Shown in pieces: positions 13,950-26,852 of a stretch of 64,000 nucleotides of DNA (position 1 is the first letter of the stretch; each line of letters starts with the position of its first letter). The notes below the pieces were generated by a model that was not told the DNA's origin, ran no database searches, and worked only from the letters and a program-made list of their open reading frames with translations. Position numbers and translations under genes: made by a program. This DNA comes from Callorhinchus milii (taxonomy: Eukaryota), in contig NW_024704742.1 in the NCBI RefSeq assembly GCF_018977255.1, positions 30,692,001 through 30,756,000 of the forward strand. The letters are read 5' to 3'.

Positions 13950-14311
13950 TATAATAATAATCCTTCCATTTGATATAGCACATTTCACGTCTTCTAGACG
14001 TCTCAAAGCGCTTCACGGAATATACTGTAAAGTGAATTGACTGTATATTTTGTGGGTGAAACGCAGCAGCCAATTGCGCGCAGCAGTGCCCACAAACAGT
14101 TGTGGATTGAAAGCCCCAATTTTTTTTTGAGGGATTATTATCTTCGGAAATGCAATCCGCCAATCGACTAACAACTGGGTTCTTACTTATTTCTAGGTAA
14201 ACAGAGGCATGTGGAGTAAAGAAACTTGCCCAACATTCCCTCACCCCGGGAATAGAACCCAGGTCTCTCGCGTGTTAAGCGAGTGCTCTAACCACTGAGC
14301 TACAGGACTCC
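13950..14311 (-). mobile_element. DeuSINE, longer subfamily
   Basis: Same head, core and tail, plus an extra internal segment of about 65 nt (ccgccaatcgactaacaactgggttcttac on +). Confidence 0.9.
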
Positions 14312-14639
14312 ACAATATTGATACATGCATTCACACGTATGCATCAACTGGGGACACAGCTTTGAAGAGTTACGACGTCTTGCAGTGTGAGAGAGCTGAA
14401 TTAACGTCACTGGAGGCAAAAACCATTAACCCTTCCGATTAAAATGTGCCAGATCCCCCAATGCCTTCATAAGTCAGGCTTGGCAATGCCTCTCCCTGAC
14501 AATGCTACCCACTTGCATTCACTGTTTGAATAGCATTTATTTTTGTAAAATAACAACAAGACTTTTCTTTCGTGTTGCCATGTCCAATTACTTTTCTCCC
14601 CACTGACATATGCCTGTCTGACTGTTCTGGCCTTTTCTT

Positions 14640-14760
14640 GCTTGGTACAGTTCCAAGGATGCTGATTGCTCTCTGGTTCCCTGCCCAAGTGGCCATCGTT
14701 CATGTGTGAGCCTTGGCAGCGAGTGTCTGCAGGTCACTCAACTACCGGTAGAGGGCACTG
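14640..14760 (-). mobile_element. AmnSINE2-like 3' fragment
   Basis: The minus strand reads ggctcacacatgaacgatggccacttgggc. Confidence 0.55.
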
Positions 14761-16214
14761 AAGAGGGGCCAAGAGCAGGAGGTCAGCCTAACACTAATCC
14801 TGGGAAGGCTGGGTTCAATTTAGTTTCTATTAAAGAATGAGGTCAGCAAACTCAGCATAGACTGGTATACAGGGAGTAAGCAGCACAGACTGGTATACAT
14901 GTACTGGTATACATAAAAGACTCCCGTTCTGTAAACTGCAGTTCTACTAACTACGCCATCGTGGCTATCGCCCACAGATCTTTTTTTGGCATAAATGTCA
15001 AAACGATCGATGATTATTTCCTTTTTGAAAAGAGTTATTGATTGAAACACTTGTGTTTTGGATAACCTTCCGAAAAACTCCTACAACCTGTGATATTAAT
15101 ACCAAAACAATATTAAAGATCCCATGGGAGACTCTCCCGGTGCCCTGGCTAACAATCCCCAACGAGATAATTGGTCTTTCACATTTGATTTCGTGCCTTA
15201 TCACATTAAAATATCTCAAAGCGCTTCACAAAGTCTTTGTATGAAGTGTAATATATTTTATCGACAGAAGGCTGCAGCCAATTTGCACACAGCAATTTCC
15301 ATTGACAGGTCCTCATGTGGGGGACTTTGGCAAACAAACATGCATACCTTGAAGTTACCTCGACCCCCAGAGGTCTTTATTGCCTCGCTTACTCCCCTAC
15401 AGCCGCTTCCCTTTTTTAACCACATAGCTACCTCACTGCTTGGTCCTGGACTTCACAAATGGGCTGAAGAAAACAACACAACGTAATCTACGTGAATTTC
15501 CCCAGTGACTCATAACGTTTTACAAAGCCTCAACCTGCCCCACAAGTTCCTCATGAAGAATGGAACGGAATCCAGTCTGTTTCTTCCTGATCAAACCTGG
15601 AGCTTCCAAAGCAACCAATCTACCTGTTGTGACAACCCGAAGCTCCTGGAACTCCAACCAGTCACAACCTATAGCTCCAGCAATACTTAGCCAGCTCACT
15701 GCTCACTTCACGGTGAGCATACTTGTCTAAAGATACCAATGAGGAACTGAGAAGTTATCGTCTATTGAATGCAGATCTGTGGGAAACAAAAGAGTGTAAC
15801 TGGTTCACTGTGTTGCAAAGCACTGGATTTATATTAGGCTTCACCGCAGGTAGTTCAGTGCAATATTTTAATAAGAAGAATAATCCTTGTATTTGTTATA
15901 ATGCTCAAAATTTGTATGAATCTGTTCCTGTTGTTTATCTACATACTCTGTATATTGTCAAATGAGTTTGTATTCATTCTTGCCCATGACTGGGCACTTT
16001 TGATGTGTTGCCCTTGTGAAAATCATGAAAGCAAAGTTCCGACGGTAATAGCCCCTTAAAGAGAAGTGATCCTTCACATCGTGTCTTTTCAGCAAAGGAA
16101 AATTGTGTGTTGAGTATCCCATCCTCCCCTGGCTCCCCAAGGGGATGTGATTGAAGTCACGTTTTTATTTGCACTGAATATACCTTGGAATAAACCTTAA
16201 CTAAGTTACTTAGA

Positions 16215-16805
16215 GAAGGGAGTTTCTCCTAGTGTCCTGATCAACAAATCCCCCAAATAAAAAAATTGATCACTCACTGATTGTTTGAGGGTCATTGCTA
16301 TGCGCAAACTGGCTGCTACATTTCGCCCACAAAATGCACAGTAAATCCTTTTTACCGTATATCCTGTGAAGCATCTCGAGGACGTGATAAGGTCTATATC
16401 AAATGAAAGGATTAGTATTATTACTATTATAGCGCCTTTCATGTCGGGAGGACGTCCAAAAGTGCTTCACAGGATTTACTGTGAGGTGGAGTTACTATAT
16501 ATTTGTGGACAAACAGATGAGACATTAAACTGGGGTCCTTTCTGCCTGTTCAAGTGAACGTTAAAAATCCCATGGCGCTATTTGAAAAGAGAAGGAAATT
16601 TCTCCCGTTTCCTGGCCAACAATCCCCCAATTAAATTTGGTCACTCACTCCATGGCTGTTTGCGGGATATTGCTGTATGCAAATTGGCTGCCACATTTGG
16701 CTACAACTACACAGTCATTCTACTTTACAGGAAAATCCTGTGAATCGCTTTGGGACGTTCTCCCGGCTTGGCAGGCGCTATACCAAATGCAAGGATTATT
16801 ATTTC
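16215..16805. mobile_element. Cluster of DeuSINE fragments (+, short - stub, +)
   Basis: Two + strand Deu cores with tails (16215-16425, 16510-16805) separated by a - strand tail stub. Confidence 0.7.
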
Positions 16806-17714
16806 CACTTGGTCAAACTTGACAAGCTTAATCTGTTTTTTTAACCACGCTGATTTCATGAAACTAAAAATTTGTAACAGTTTCACAAAAGATGACTTTT
16901 CACTTCTAATTTAGGACACTGGCTAGTCTGCAATTCAGAATCTTGCTGGCAGTAAATTAACAGGTAATTGTATTCTAGAAGGCACCATACAAATGTAATT
17001 TGTTGTTGTTGTGCCAGGAATACCATGAACAGTCATCAAGGGTCCGAATGATTAATTCCACAACAAACTATTCTTACAGTGCAGCGAGGCATATCAATGA
17101 CTATAGCCCTTATATGAAAACAAAACATAACAGGTTGCGGTAAATCTAAAATCTTTGTCAAGTCAGAAACAGCACGGACCAATTCAAAAGGGTATTACAC
17201 AGAATGTACAGTTATTTGGCCCAAATAGTCCATGCCAGTGTTTGTACTCCACAGGAGCCTCCACCCTTCCCTAGCATTCAATCCATCCCCCACATCCTCA
17301 ATTCCCTTTTCCTCGTGTACATGAAGTGAAGTTACCTGACTTCTTTGTGGTAAACAGGCTTTCTGAGAGATTTATGTAATGGACAACATAGGTCATCATT
17401 ACATTGCCACTATACTACAAGAGTTTGGATTCCAGCGTGAAAGACTTGTTGCCCGAATATTTTTTCATCAGCTGCCTTCCATCATTAGCAGTCTACCACC
17501 ATCAATGTGGTTGGCGCGCTCCAGAAAGTACAGTACATACAATCTCTTTTGTTGTCAATGGCCGGACAGAATGAATAGGACCCACGCGTATAGGCAACCA
17601 GACTAAAAACATAAGAAATGCAAGATGAAAAAAGACCAAGGTCCATCTAGTTCGCATTCCACCTTCGTGGCTGTCGCATACACATATGTCCCGAATGACC
17701 TATGTACTATGTCC

Positions 17715-17941
17715 TTTAACAAAAACAGAAGTAGCTGGGAACACGCAGCAGGTCAGGCAGCATCTATGGAGAAAGGAAAGTGAGTCAACGTTTCAGGTCC
17801 ACGACCCTACATCAGAATGTGGACCCGAAATGTTGAATCACTTTCCTTTCTCCAGAGATGCTGCCTCACCTGCTGAGTGTTCCCAGTTACTTCTGTTTTT
17901 GTGTCAGATTTCCAGCATCTGCTGTATTTTGCGTTTTTTTT
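17715..17941. mobile_element. Palindromic Penelope-like-derived non-autonomous element
   Basis: 82-nt inverted arms (17721-17802 / 17819-17900, 7 mismatches) and a 10-bp flanking direct repeat tactatgtcc; resembles the common shark Penelope inverted pLTR repeat (from recall). Confidence 0.75.
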
Positions 17942-18474
17942 TACTATGTCCCATAATGTTATTTCTGAAAATAAAACTATCTAATTTGATTTAAGGGAAT
18001 CAACACTTCCTGCTTCAACCAATGCCCTAAAGAGCCTATTCCACAGGTTTACTATTCGCTTACTAAAATAGTAATTCCGTACATTTGTTCTGAATTTACC
18101 CCCCCCCCGCCACCCTTAAATCAGGGTGTGTTAAAAAAAGTGCAGCATTATCCTCGCAAGGCCAGAGTACAGCCGTTTTTTTTGTTCTTTGTTTTGCTTC
18201 TGGTTTCAAAATGACGTTACCTGAACATTAAAGAAATTCGAAAGTGAGTTGAGCCTGCAACAGCTTTTAGATTGCAGCATCACTGCACTCACTGCAAGTG
18301 CACAGAGACTAGCCCTGGAGGGGAATGCCTTCATGTTGGAAAATCTTACGAGTAAAATATGTAAATGTGCCTGAGCTGAACATCTGCAATTCTGCTGTTG
18401 TTTAATCATGCTGAACACATTGTTGGAAGTTTTGCTTTACAAGTCCTGCTTATTGATTAATTTGTCTGAAGAAG

Positions 18475-18862
18475 GACAGAAGACGATTAAAGGGGACCTG
18501 ATAGAGGTGTTTAAAATTACGAAAGGATTCAATAAGGTGGATGTAAATAGGCTGCTTCCACTTGTTGGCAAGCCCATAACTAGAGGGCACAATCATAAAA
18601 CAACCAGCAGTAGATCTAATAGGGAGGTTTGGGTGAGCTCCTTCACTCAGAGGGCAGTGAGAATGTGGAACTCACTGCTAGAGGCTGAGATTCAAGCAAA
18701 GAGCATCAATGTATTTAAGAGAAAACTTGATGGATACAGAAGGGAATAGATGGGTATAGGTGAGGAGGATAGGAGGAGTGGGGGCTTGAGTGGTGTATAA
18801 ACACCGGCATGGACTAGTTGGGCTGTATGGCCTGTTTTTATGCTGTATCATTCTATGTAACT
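18475..18862 (+). mobile_element. CR1 3' end
   Basis: KGDLIEVFKI...FTQRAVRMWNSL followed by the 3'UTR (gggctgtatggcctgttt). Confidence 0.85.
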
Positions 18863-19019
18863 CAAACAATTGGTCATATTACAACAGACAAAATGTGCAA
18901 CCTGGTAAATAATGCTGAAGGTAAACTAAAAAATGACATTGCAGCTTCTAATAAAAAAAACATGTCATTGAATTAAACAAAAGAAAAATATCCTTGAGTT
19001 AAAAACTCAAAAAATTAAT

Positions 19020-19388
19020 CCAGTATTCTGGCCTTTACCACACTGCCTGGCAACGAGTTCCAGTCGTTAATTCCCTCTGCGTAAAGAAAAAAGTTTTGGT
19101 ATCTGTCCTGAAATTGCCCTTTCCAATGCCAAACCTATGTTTTCTCAGCTCATACATCTAATTCTGGGGATTGTTGTTCTCTTCTGCACTGTCTCTCGAG
19201 ATCTAAATTCAACTGAGCAATATAGCCCAGCAACCTGTTTGGGCTGCTTCATACTGTTCTGACATAATGAGCGATGAGTCAACTAACACTCCTAGATTTC
19301 TGTTAGCTTCCCCATTGGCAAGTTCTACCTAATCCATAGTGTACATGCGTTTCCTTTTGTTACTTCCTATATGTAATATCTTGAATTT
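19020..19388 (-). mobile_element. Old CR1 fragments
   Basis: ILHIGSN...RNLGVLVDSSL remnant and an FFT..GINDWNSLP-type remnant. Confidence 0.6.
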
Positions 19389-19399
19389 AAGATATTAAA

Positions 19400-19765
19400 C
19401 CTCATCACTTTGAAGTTTAGTGTTATTTGGGCAAACACAACATCTGATCTGCAACAGTAACTTCCCACAAACAGCAATGAAAACAATGACAAACAAAGCT
19501 AATAGACTCCTAAAATTTAAGTAAATATTGATGAGAACACCAGAGAAACTCATTGCTCTTCTTCCAAATAATGGCACAGAATCTTTAACAACCACCTGAA
19601 TCACTAGGACAGACAGACAGGACCACATTTAACATCAAATCTGAAGGATGGGGATCCAGCAATCCCATAGTATTGCATCTGATTATAAGTTCAAAATCTG
19701 GTTGGGGCTCGAATTCACAACCTTCTGGTCCAGAGACAACACTGCTACCAACTGAGCCAGACTGA
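19400..19765 (-). mobile_element. Older DeuSINE, diverged
   Basis: Head (ctaccaactgagcca on +) and central motifs. Confidence 0.65.
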
Positions 19766-20467
19766 CTAACATAGTCTTCAAGCAACACTCTCACCTCTAC
19801 TTAGGCCTCCAGTGGTATGCTGTATTACTCATTTCAAACTGACTGCATAACAGTTGTTCACTTTCTCATATGTGAATGGTTGTGAGTTATTTTGACACGG
19901 TGACAGATCTTTTGGTAGAAAAGGCGAGTGATATCGTACATCATAATGCTTACATTTTATAATCCTTGCATTTGATATAGCGCCTTATCACATCTTTGAG
20001 ACGCCTCAAAGCACTTCACGGAATATAATGCAGACTGAATTGATTGTGTCCCACAAACAGTCATGGATTGAAGTGACCAATTCATTATTATTATTTTTTT
20101 TTGAAGGAATTATTATGCCCGGAAAAGTAATCTGCCAATCGACTAACGACCGGCATCAGCGACAAAGAACTAAACGAGTGTCTGAAAGTTAAAGCAAGGC
20201 GTTTCCAGTGGTGTCCTGGAAAGTTAACGCAAGGTACTCCGTTTTTTTCCCATGGTGCCCGAATACTGCAGCTCTGCCAATAATCATTTTCACTGTGAAG
20301 CATCCAGGGCCAGAGATGATGGTAAACTACTGTACACACAAGACAGCTCTGGAAGGGCAAGCTGCATCTAATCCCATCCTATCCCTGTCATCTATATTGG
20401 TAATCATTTAAATATAAAACAAACGTTTACATGATCCATTCATCATCACTAGTATAGACCCAAAATA

Positions 20468-20800
20468 TAATAATAATCCTTGCATTTGATTATAGCACCT
20501 TATCATGTCAGAACAACATCTCAAAGCGTTTCACAAGATTTTACTACGAAATGGAGTGACTGTCTATTTGTGGGCGAATGCAGCAGCCCAATTGTGCACA
20601 ATTTTATTTCTGGGATTGTTTGCCTGGGACACTGGGAGAAACTCCCTTCTCTTTTCGAATAGTGCCATGGGATCTTTAACGTCAACCTGAGCAGGCAGAC
20701 AGGACCTCGGTTTAAAATCTCATCCGAAGGATGGCACCTCTAACAATGCAGCACACCCCAAGCACTACATTGGAGTGTCAGCTTAGACTATGTGAGTTGA
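20468..20800 (-). mobile_element. Older DeuSINE
   Basis: Tail through to tggagtgtcagcttagac. Confidence 0.75.
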
Positions 20801-20842
20801 AGTTCAAAACATACTATTAGAACAGATCTAGAGACGCTCAGT

Positions 20843-21195
20843 GTGGTTCTCCTGATGGCTCAGGGAGTTTATGCAGCGAGCAGTTGAGTTGTAAAAGCCA
20901 GGAAAATCCCTCCCAGCTTCTACCCCTGAGCAGTGTTAAGTTGTCTCATCTCAATAGTGGCAGTGTCAAGCCACTCCAACTAGCCTCAGCCACCCCAGGA
21001 CAGAGTAAAATGCAGGCAGGAGACTCACTCCTCAGCATTAACTTGCAAACGCCTCCACACTCATGGCGGTGTGCCTTAACTCAGAACAGATTCACGTACA
21101 AAGCCAGCCACTCCTGCAATTGAATAGCCTGCCAACACTAACTGTTGGCTCACAATATTGGCCAATATTGGCAAGATAGCAGAGGGCATCTGTTA
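20843..21195 (+). mobile_element. AmnSINE2-like ancient SINE
   Basis: tgaatagcctgccaacact...ggctcaca and tagcctcagc motifs resemble the AmnSINE2 consensus as I recall it. Confidence 0.5.
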
Positions 21196-21229
21196 AACAG
21201 TACTCAAGTGAGGAATCAAAATCTACAGG

Positions 21230-22105
21230 AAAGTGAGGGAGGAAGGATAATTGGGGGTCGAACCTGACGCCTAGGTTGCGTATGGATTCGGAGAGTTTTA
21301 GGGGGAGGTCCGATAGGTGGAGGAGGTGAGAGCCGTGAGATTTTAGACATTGACGAGAGCCAAAGAGTATGGCTGCCATCTTATCAATGTTCAGCTGAAG
21401 GAAGTTTGCGCTCATCCAGCCCCTGAGATCTGGCAGGCCGGCTGACTGAACATTAGGGGACTGGGGGTTGCAAAGAGAGGTGGAAAAATAGAGTAGGGTG
21501 TCGTAACTCGGATATGTGGAAATGTACCCCATGTCTGCGGATGACATCCCCAAGAGGGAGCATGTAGATCAGAAAGAGGAAGGGCCCAAGAATAGATCCT
21601 TGGGGTACCCCGCAGGTAACCGGATGAGAGCGGGAGGAGAATCCATTTGTGCAGATGTACTGCTGGCGGTTTGTGAAGTAGGACTCGACCCAGACGAGTG
21701 CAGTCCCACTGAGGTGGATGACGGAGGAAAGACAGTGGAGGAGGATGGCGTGATCAACTGTGTCGAACGCCGTGGAGAGGTCCATGAGGACAAGGAGGCA
21801 GAGGGAGCCCTGGTCACAAATAGAGGATGTCATTTGTGACTTTCACAAGCGCAGTCTCTCCACTGTGGGCAGAGCGGAAACCGGACTGGAGGTATTCGAA
21901 GAGGGAGTGGGAGGAGAGGTGTGCGTGAAGTTGATTGGCAACAACGTGTTCTAAGACTTTTGCGAGGAAGGGCAGGTTAGAAATGGGGCAGTAGTGGCTG
22001 GGGTTTGAGGGATCTAGGGAACGTTTCTTGAAGAGGGGGGTGATGTAACCAGTTTTGAGGGGGGCAGGGACTGATCCTGAGGAGAGGAACTGGTTGATGA
22101 TGTCC
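21230..22105 (-). mobile_element. L2 ORF2 reverse-transcriptase fragment
   Basis: LMDLSTAFDTVDH, GVPQGSILGPFLFLIYMLPLG and NFLQLNIDK motifs; frameshifted. Confidence 0.9.
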
Positions 22106-22926
22106 CCATCCCCCTAGTGGAAGCCTCCTCTCCAGGCTACACCTTTCACCACACCCCCCCCCCCCACACCGTCCAGACCAATGTGGCGGCGGGGTGGCCT
22201 TCATTTCCAAAGCTTCCCTTGGTCTTACCCCCTACTCCTCTGGCTGCTTCCCCTCCTTCGAGCACCTCACCCTCTTCCACCCGCCGAGATCCTGAAGCAG
22301 CCGTCCAGCTGCTCCATGATCGCCTCTACTCCACCTTCAACTCCCTCGTCCTCCTGAAATCCAGGACCATCTTCACACCCACCCGATTCCCCTGATACAA
22401 CAACCATCTCCGCCGCCTAAAAACCCAAACCTGGCTGCTCGAGCGCAGATGGCGGAAAACTGGCCTGACAGTCCACCACCAACTGTGGCTCGAGCATGTC
22501 CACAGCTAACGCTGTTCCTTGACACGTGCAAAAATGGCCTTCTACTCCAACATCATCTTGGAGGCTAAACACAACTCTAAAATTCTTTTTCCCCACCATC
22601 TACTACCTCCCCCGTGTCCCCCCTCAGGCCTCCTCAATCTTCATATCAAATGCCAAGTGCGAGGAGGTCATGGACTTCTTTTCATCTAAAATTCACAACA
22701 TCCACCAGGCAGCCTCATCCACCTGCCTCTTGTCACCCACCACCGCGCCCTCTCTGTCCCCTTCACCCTCCCCATCATTTGCTTCAACCGCCAGCCCCAT
22801 CCTACATTCCTTCCTCCCCATCTTTCCCTCCTCCCTCTCACCCACCATCACCTCCATGAAACCCACCACCTGCTGCCTCGACCCTCTCCCCACCAACTTG
22901 CTGGTCACCCAGCTCCCCCTCCTCTG
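22106..22926 (+). mobile_element. L2 ORF2 endonuclease/linker fragment, inverted relative to its neighbour
   Basis: EASSPGYTFHH (endonuclease region) and MKPTTCCLDPLPTNLL motifs. Confidence 0.85.
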
Positions 22927-23895
22927 GCAGAGAGAGAGAGAAAATTCTAGTTAAGGAAGTACATTATTTACTGGGAATATTCATTTATACATAATTTTTC
23001 AGGGTAGCACGCTCGCCTCTGAGCCGGAAGGTAGTGAGTTCATGCCCCAGGACTTGAACTCACGTAGACTAGGACTAGGTTGACACTCCAATGCAGTGTT
23101 GAGCATGTTCTGTGTTTTTGGCGGTGCTGGCCTTCCTGTAGTGAAAGGTGCTATACCAAATGCAAGGATTATCACAATTATTATTATTATTCAGGGTACC
23201 AGAATACCATTGAGTGTAAATTCTATTAATGATGAAAACAGATGTCTTTGGGAAGAATACTTTGATGCTTAAAATGACAAGGAAAGCTCAGCAAAACCTT
23301 TTGAAATCTGCCATCATTCTGCGATTTTAATCTATAGATTTTGTTTTTTTGCAACAATGCACCAAAACAATTTACAGTATTTATTACAACATTTATTTAG
23401 CTGCTCCTCTGTCAGCTTACTTAATCACCTAATTAAATTTTAAAGCTGTTTACACTACACCTTGGGGACATGTCCTCAGTGCACACAGACTAAGATTCAA
23501 TTTACATTTAGCATTCAACAATGCTTCCTGAGGAATGTGTACACTGTTGAACTGACTGTCCTGACGTGCTCAGTTGCTCACTCAGCCAGCATGACAATTG
23601 ACAATTAGCAGTAATCTCGTTCACCCATAAGCAAAACAAAATCTCCCCCCCTCCTCTCCTCCACACACGCACAGCATCACGTTACAGATTTTCAGACCTC
23701 CACAGCTTAAAACATCCCAAGATACAAAACACAATCTGTACGCCAAATCACATCAGAAAGTTCAATTGAGCACAGAGCTGCAAGTTGTGCTGTTCATCAG
23801 CATCTAAAAATATCAGGGAACATTCTCATCAAACAACGAAAGAGCTCGCTGCGAAAAAAACAGGTAGGATGAAATAAATAAGATGAGTTACTTAC

Positions 23896-23960
23896 GCTGC
23901 TCCTGTTTTTCATTAAGAAGAGCAGGTTTCCTTGCAGTCGACACCATCTTTCTGTCAGTT
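23896..23960 (-). CDS. INPP4B: Second coding exon of the same gene, PH domain strands (ERWCRLQGNLLF)
   Basis: Acceptor cattttctcacgcag| and consensus donor AGC|gtaagt. The 65 nt exon starts in phase 1, matching the upstream exon (G|AA = Glu), and encodes ELTERWCRLQGNLLFLMKNRSS, a typical PH motif (RW..L.GN.LF). Confidence 0.85.
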
Positions 23961-25779
23961 CTGCGTGAGAAAATGAAACATTAATAAAATGGTACTTTGC
24001 TGGTGAACGCAAGATGATTCTGAAGGAAGATGCATTAGTAATAAAGGTCAGAGAAGAAAATCATTAGAAAATTCCTGCTCCAGCCAGCAGCTGCATACAT
24101 ATGACAGGCTGCTAAATGCCAGATATCTCCCCAGAAGGCTCTTCTTACCCTGCAGCTGAGAGATTTGGTGACTGCAGCAGAAACCATCTGCTTTTTCATT
24201 GGCTTGCCTTTTCACAGGGAAGAAAAAACAGGAACTTGTGCAATTTTATGTAAAACAAGACTTTTCATAATAATAAAAAGCTGACAATAATGCATTATGC
24301 CACGATAAGCTGTTTTCAGAGTTATATAAATTATTTCAAGTCAGCCAGCCATACAGGCTCAAATACTAATCAACTTTTTACATAGCCATCAGCGTGTTTA
24401 ATTACCATGAGACGCCATGCAAAATCTTCAATACTTTGCAAAAAAAACCCCCTCTGATTTGGAGTAATTCATGTGAAATAAAAAACAGGAAGGCCTCCTT
24501 CAGACATTTTGCACTTATATAGTGAAATTAAAAAGGTTTCAGTTGCTCAGCTGGTCGCACTCTTGCCTCTGAGTCAGAAGGCTAGTTGATATTGACTGTG
24601 GACAGAGATGAATCAATTGTGATCCAAGTAATAAGGAAGCTACAGAAAGAAAATGACAGTTGTCTATTTACACTCACGCATTCCTACAAACTATTGCATC
24701 TATTAGAATTCATACAGATCCTTTTATAACAACAAGAACTTGCATTGACATAGTGCCCTTCATCAGGGCAGCATCTCAAAGCACTTATCAGCGGCTTGAT
24801 GCTGAGCTAGGAAGAGAAAGCAGGTAACCATAAGCACAGGTCGAAGAAGAAGTTCTTCAGGTGTGGTCTGAAGACAGAGAAGGGGGGAAGATGGAGGGAC
24901 TGAGGCAGAGAGTTCCAAACTCTCGGGGTGCAGTGGATGAAAGCACGACTGCTGATGGTGGTAATTCCATTACCCGCTACCTCCACTCAGCTGGTTTGGT
25001 CTCAGACTCCACCACGGTCAAGCTCTCCGGGACTCTTTCCCGCGTGAAGGCCGCTATATAAATGCAAGTTGTTGTTATAGTACTTTGGGAGTTTCTCTCT
25101 GTAGTGATTGCATCATACTGTATTCTCTACTAAGAGCAAGCTCATACTTTATTAACAACAATCTCTCAGCAGTGCTCCTGCAGGTAACGTATGTCTTGCA
25201 CGGTGGTATATATAACCTCCTTGGATCAGTAACTCCCCACCTCCCATTACATTGCATTGGAAATTTAAAGTGTTTCACGGGCCTCAAGACAATGCCAGAA
25301 ATAAATTCCTTTGGCTACTGTGGTACCATTACAACACTGCCGAAATCTCATTTTACGTAGGCATTATTTTTGCAGCTAAATTTATGACCCATTTCCAATG
25401 GGACATAGTTTTCCAGTTACTGTTAGGTTTCCGTTCAATACTGCTTGAAAGAAATAAAATTATAATGTAGAGCCACACAGTTTAGAGCCTGGAAGTATAC
25501 GCGGGCAGTGTACCTGGCATTCTGACTAATATCAGTCCGGAACCTTCCAGCACACACACGTAAATATTTCCTTTGTAAAATAATTGTTATTTTAGATGGT
25601 ATTTTGCACATCAGTATGTTGATCAGCACCTTGGGACGTCCTTCTGACTTGACGGGAGCTATATAAGTTAATTTGTTGTTGTCATTTGATGTTGCCTGTA
25701 TCCCGCTCAGCCACCTTGCCGATCCTTTTCACTCTTCGTGAACTGGATGAATTCAGGGGAGAATTTTTTTTTTCCATTT

Positions 25780-26075
25780 TTATTGCACCGTTAGGACATT
25801 AAAATGTCTCCAATATTGCACTGGGAATTAATGTCAAGAGTCCTGTCTATTTTTGTAGGCAAACATGGCAGTTATTTACACCAGCAAAATCCCACATGAG
25901 GTGAATGACTAATCTATCCAGAGGATTGTGGGCCAACTCTGGGAGAAACTCCCATTGTGACAGAGGATCTTTAACAAACACCCGAACAAGCAGGTGGGGC
26001 CTCAGTTTAACATCTGAACTGAAACCGGCAACTCTGACAGTGCACGCTCCTCCTATATCCAGTGGAGTGTCAGTA
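25780..26075 (-). mobile_element. Older DeuSINE fragment, head-to-head with the 26090 copy
   Basis: ggatctttaac and tggagtgtcag motifs in reverse orientation. Confidence 0.6.
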
Positions 26076-26089
26076 GACAGTAAATTTGT

Positions 26090-26508
26090 CAGCCCTACTC
26101 AGTAAGCAGTACTCTCGTCTCCAAGACAGAAGGTTGTGAGTTCAAGCCCCACGTCAGGACTTTGAACTCACAGTCTAGGCTGACCTCCAATGCAGTAGCA
26201 GGGATGTACTGTATTATCGGACGAGCCGTCTTTCAGATGAGACTGAGGTCCTTCTGCCTGTTCAGTTGTATGTTAAAGATCCCATGGCACTATTGAAATA
26301 GAAAAGGGAGTTTCTTCTGGTGTCATGGCCAAGAATCCCTAAATAAATTTGGTCACGCACCGAATGACTGTTTGTGGGGCATTGCTTTGTGTAAAATGGC
26401 TGCCATATTCACCTACAACACACACAGCGACTGTATTTTACAAAGATTCCTGTGAAACTCTTTGAGCCATCTCGATAAGGGCTATAATCAACGCAAAGAT
26501 TATTATTA
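26090..26508 (+). mobile_element. Older SacSINE1/AmnSINE1-like DeuSINE, about full length
   Basis: Head (cagaaggttgtgagttcaagcccc), central gttaaagatcccatggcactatt motif, Deu core, L2-type tail. Confidence 0.8.
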
Positions 26509-26852
26509 AGTATAAATGTGGAGTACATATCCCATTCTTTGCAGCGTCTGCTCGGGAGGTTTAAAATTTATTTCCAGTTTCCAAGTTGACAAGAAGAAAA
26601 TAAAGTCCCATTAAGTATTAGGTGTCTGTCCTTCATCGAAAAAATGCAATCACTGCATATTTTTGAATATGGATTTTTAAAATATTTCTAGTTATTGTCC
26701 AAGGCTGACATGCTAAACGACAGATTGAGAACAGGTCCAATTATAATAAAATGAGAAAGACTGGTGAGACGCCAAACAGGAAGAAGAAAATGTGCGAGAT
26801 AGAAAGAGGATGTCAAAAAAGAATTGTTTGCCTTGTCACAGGAGTTATTCAT

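Noticed and set aside
15437..15463. 27-nt phase-0 micro-exon candidate on - (PICEVQDQA)
   Set aside because: Splice signals are plausible, but there is no PH similarity and it cannot be supported without RNA data
15723..15776. Exon-like segment on - with a strong acceptor and gtatgc donor
   Set aside because: Stop codons in all three frames
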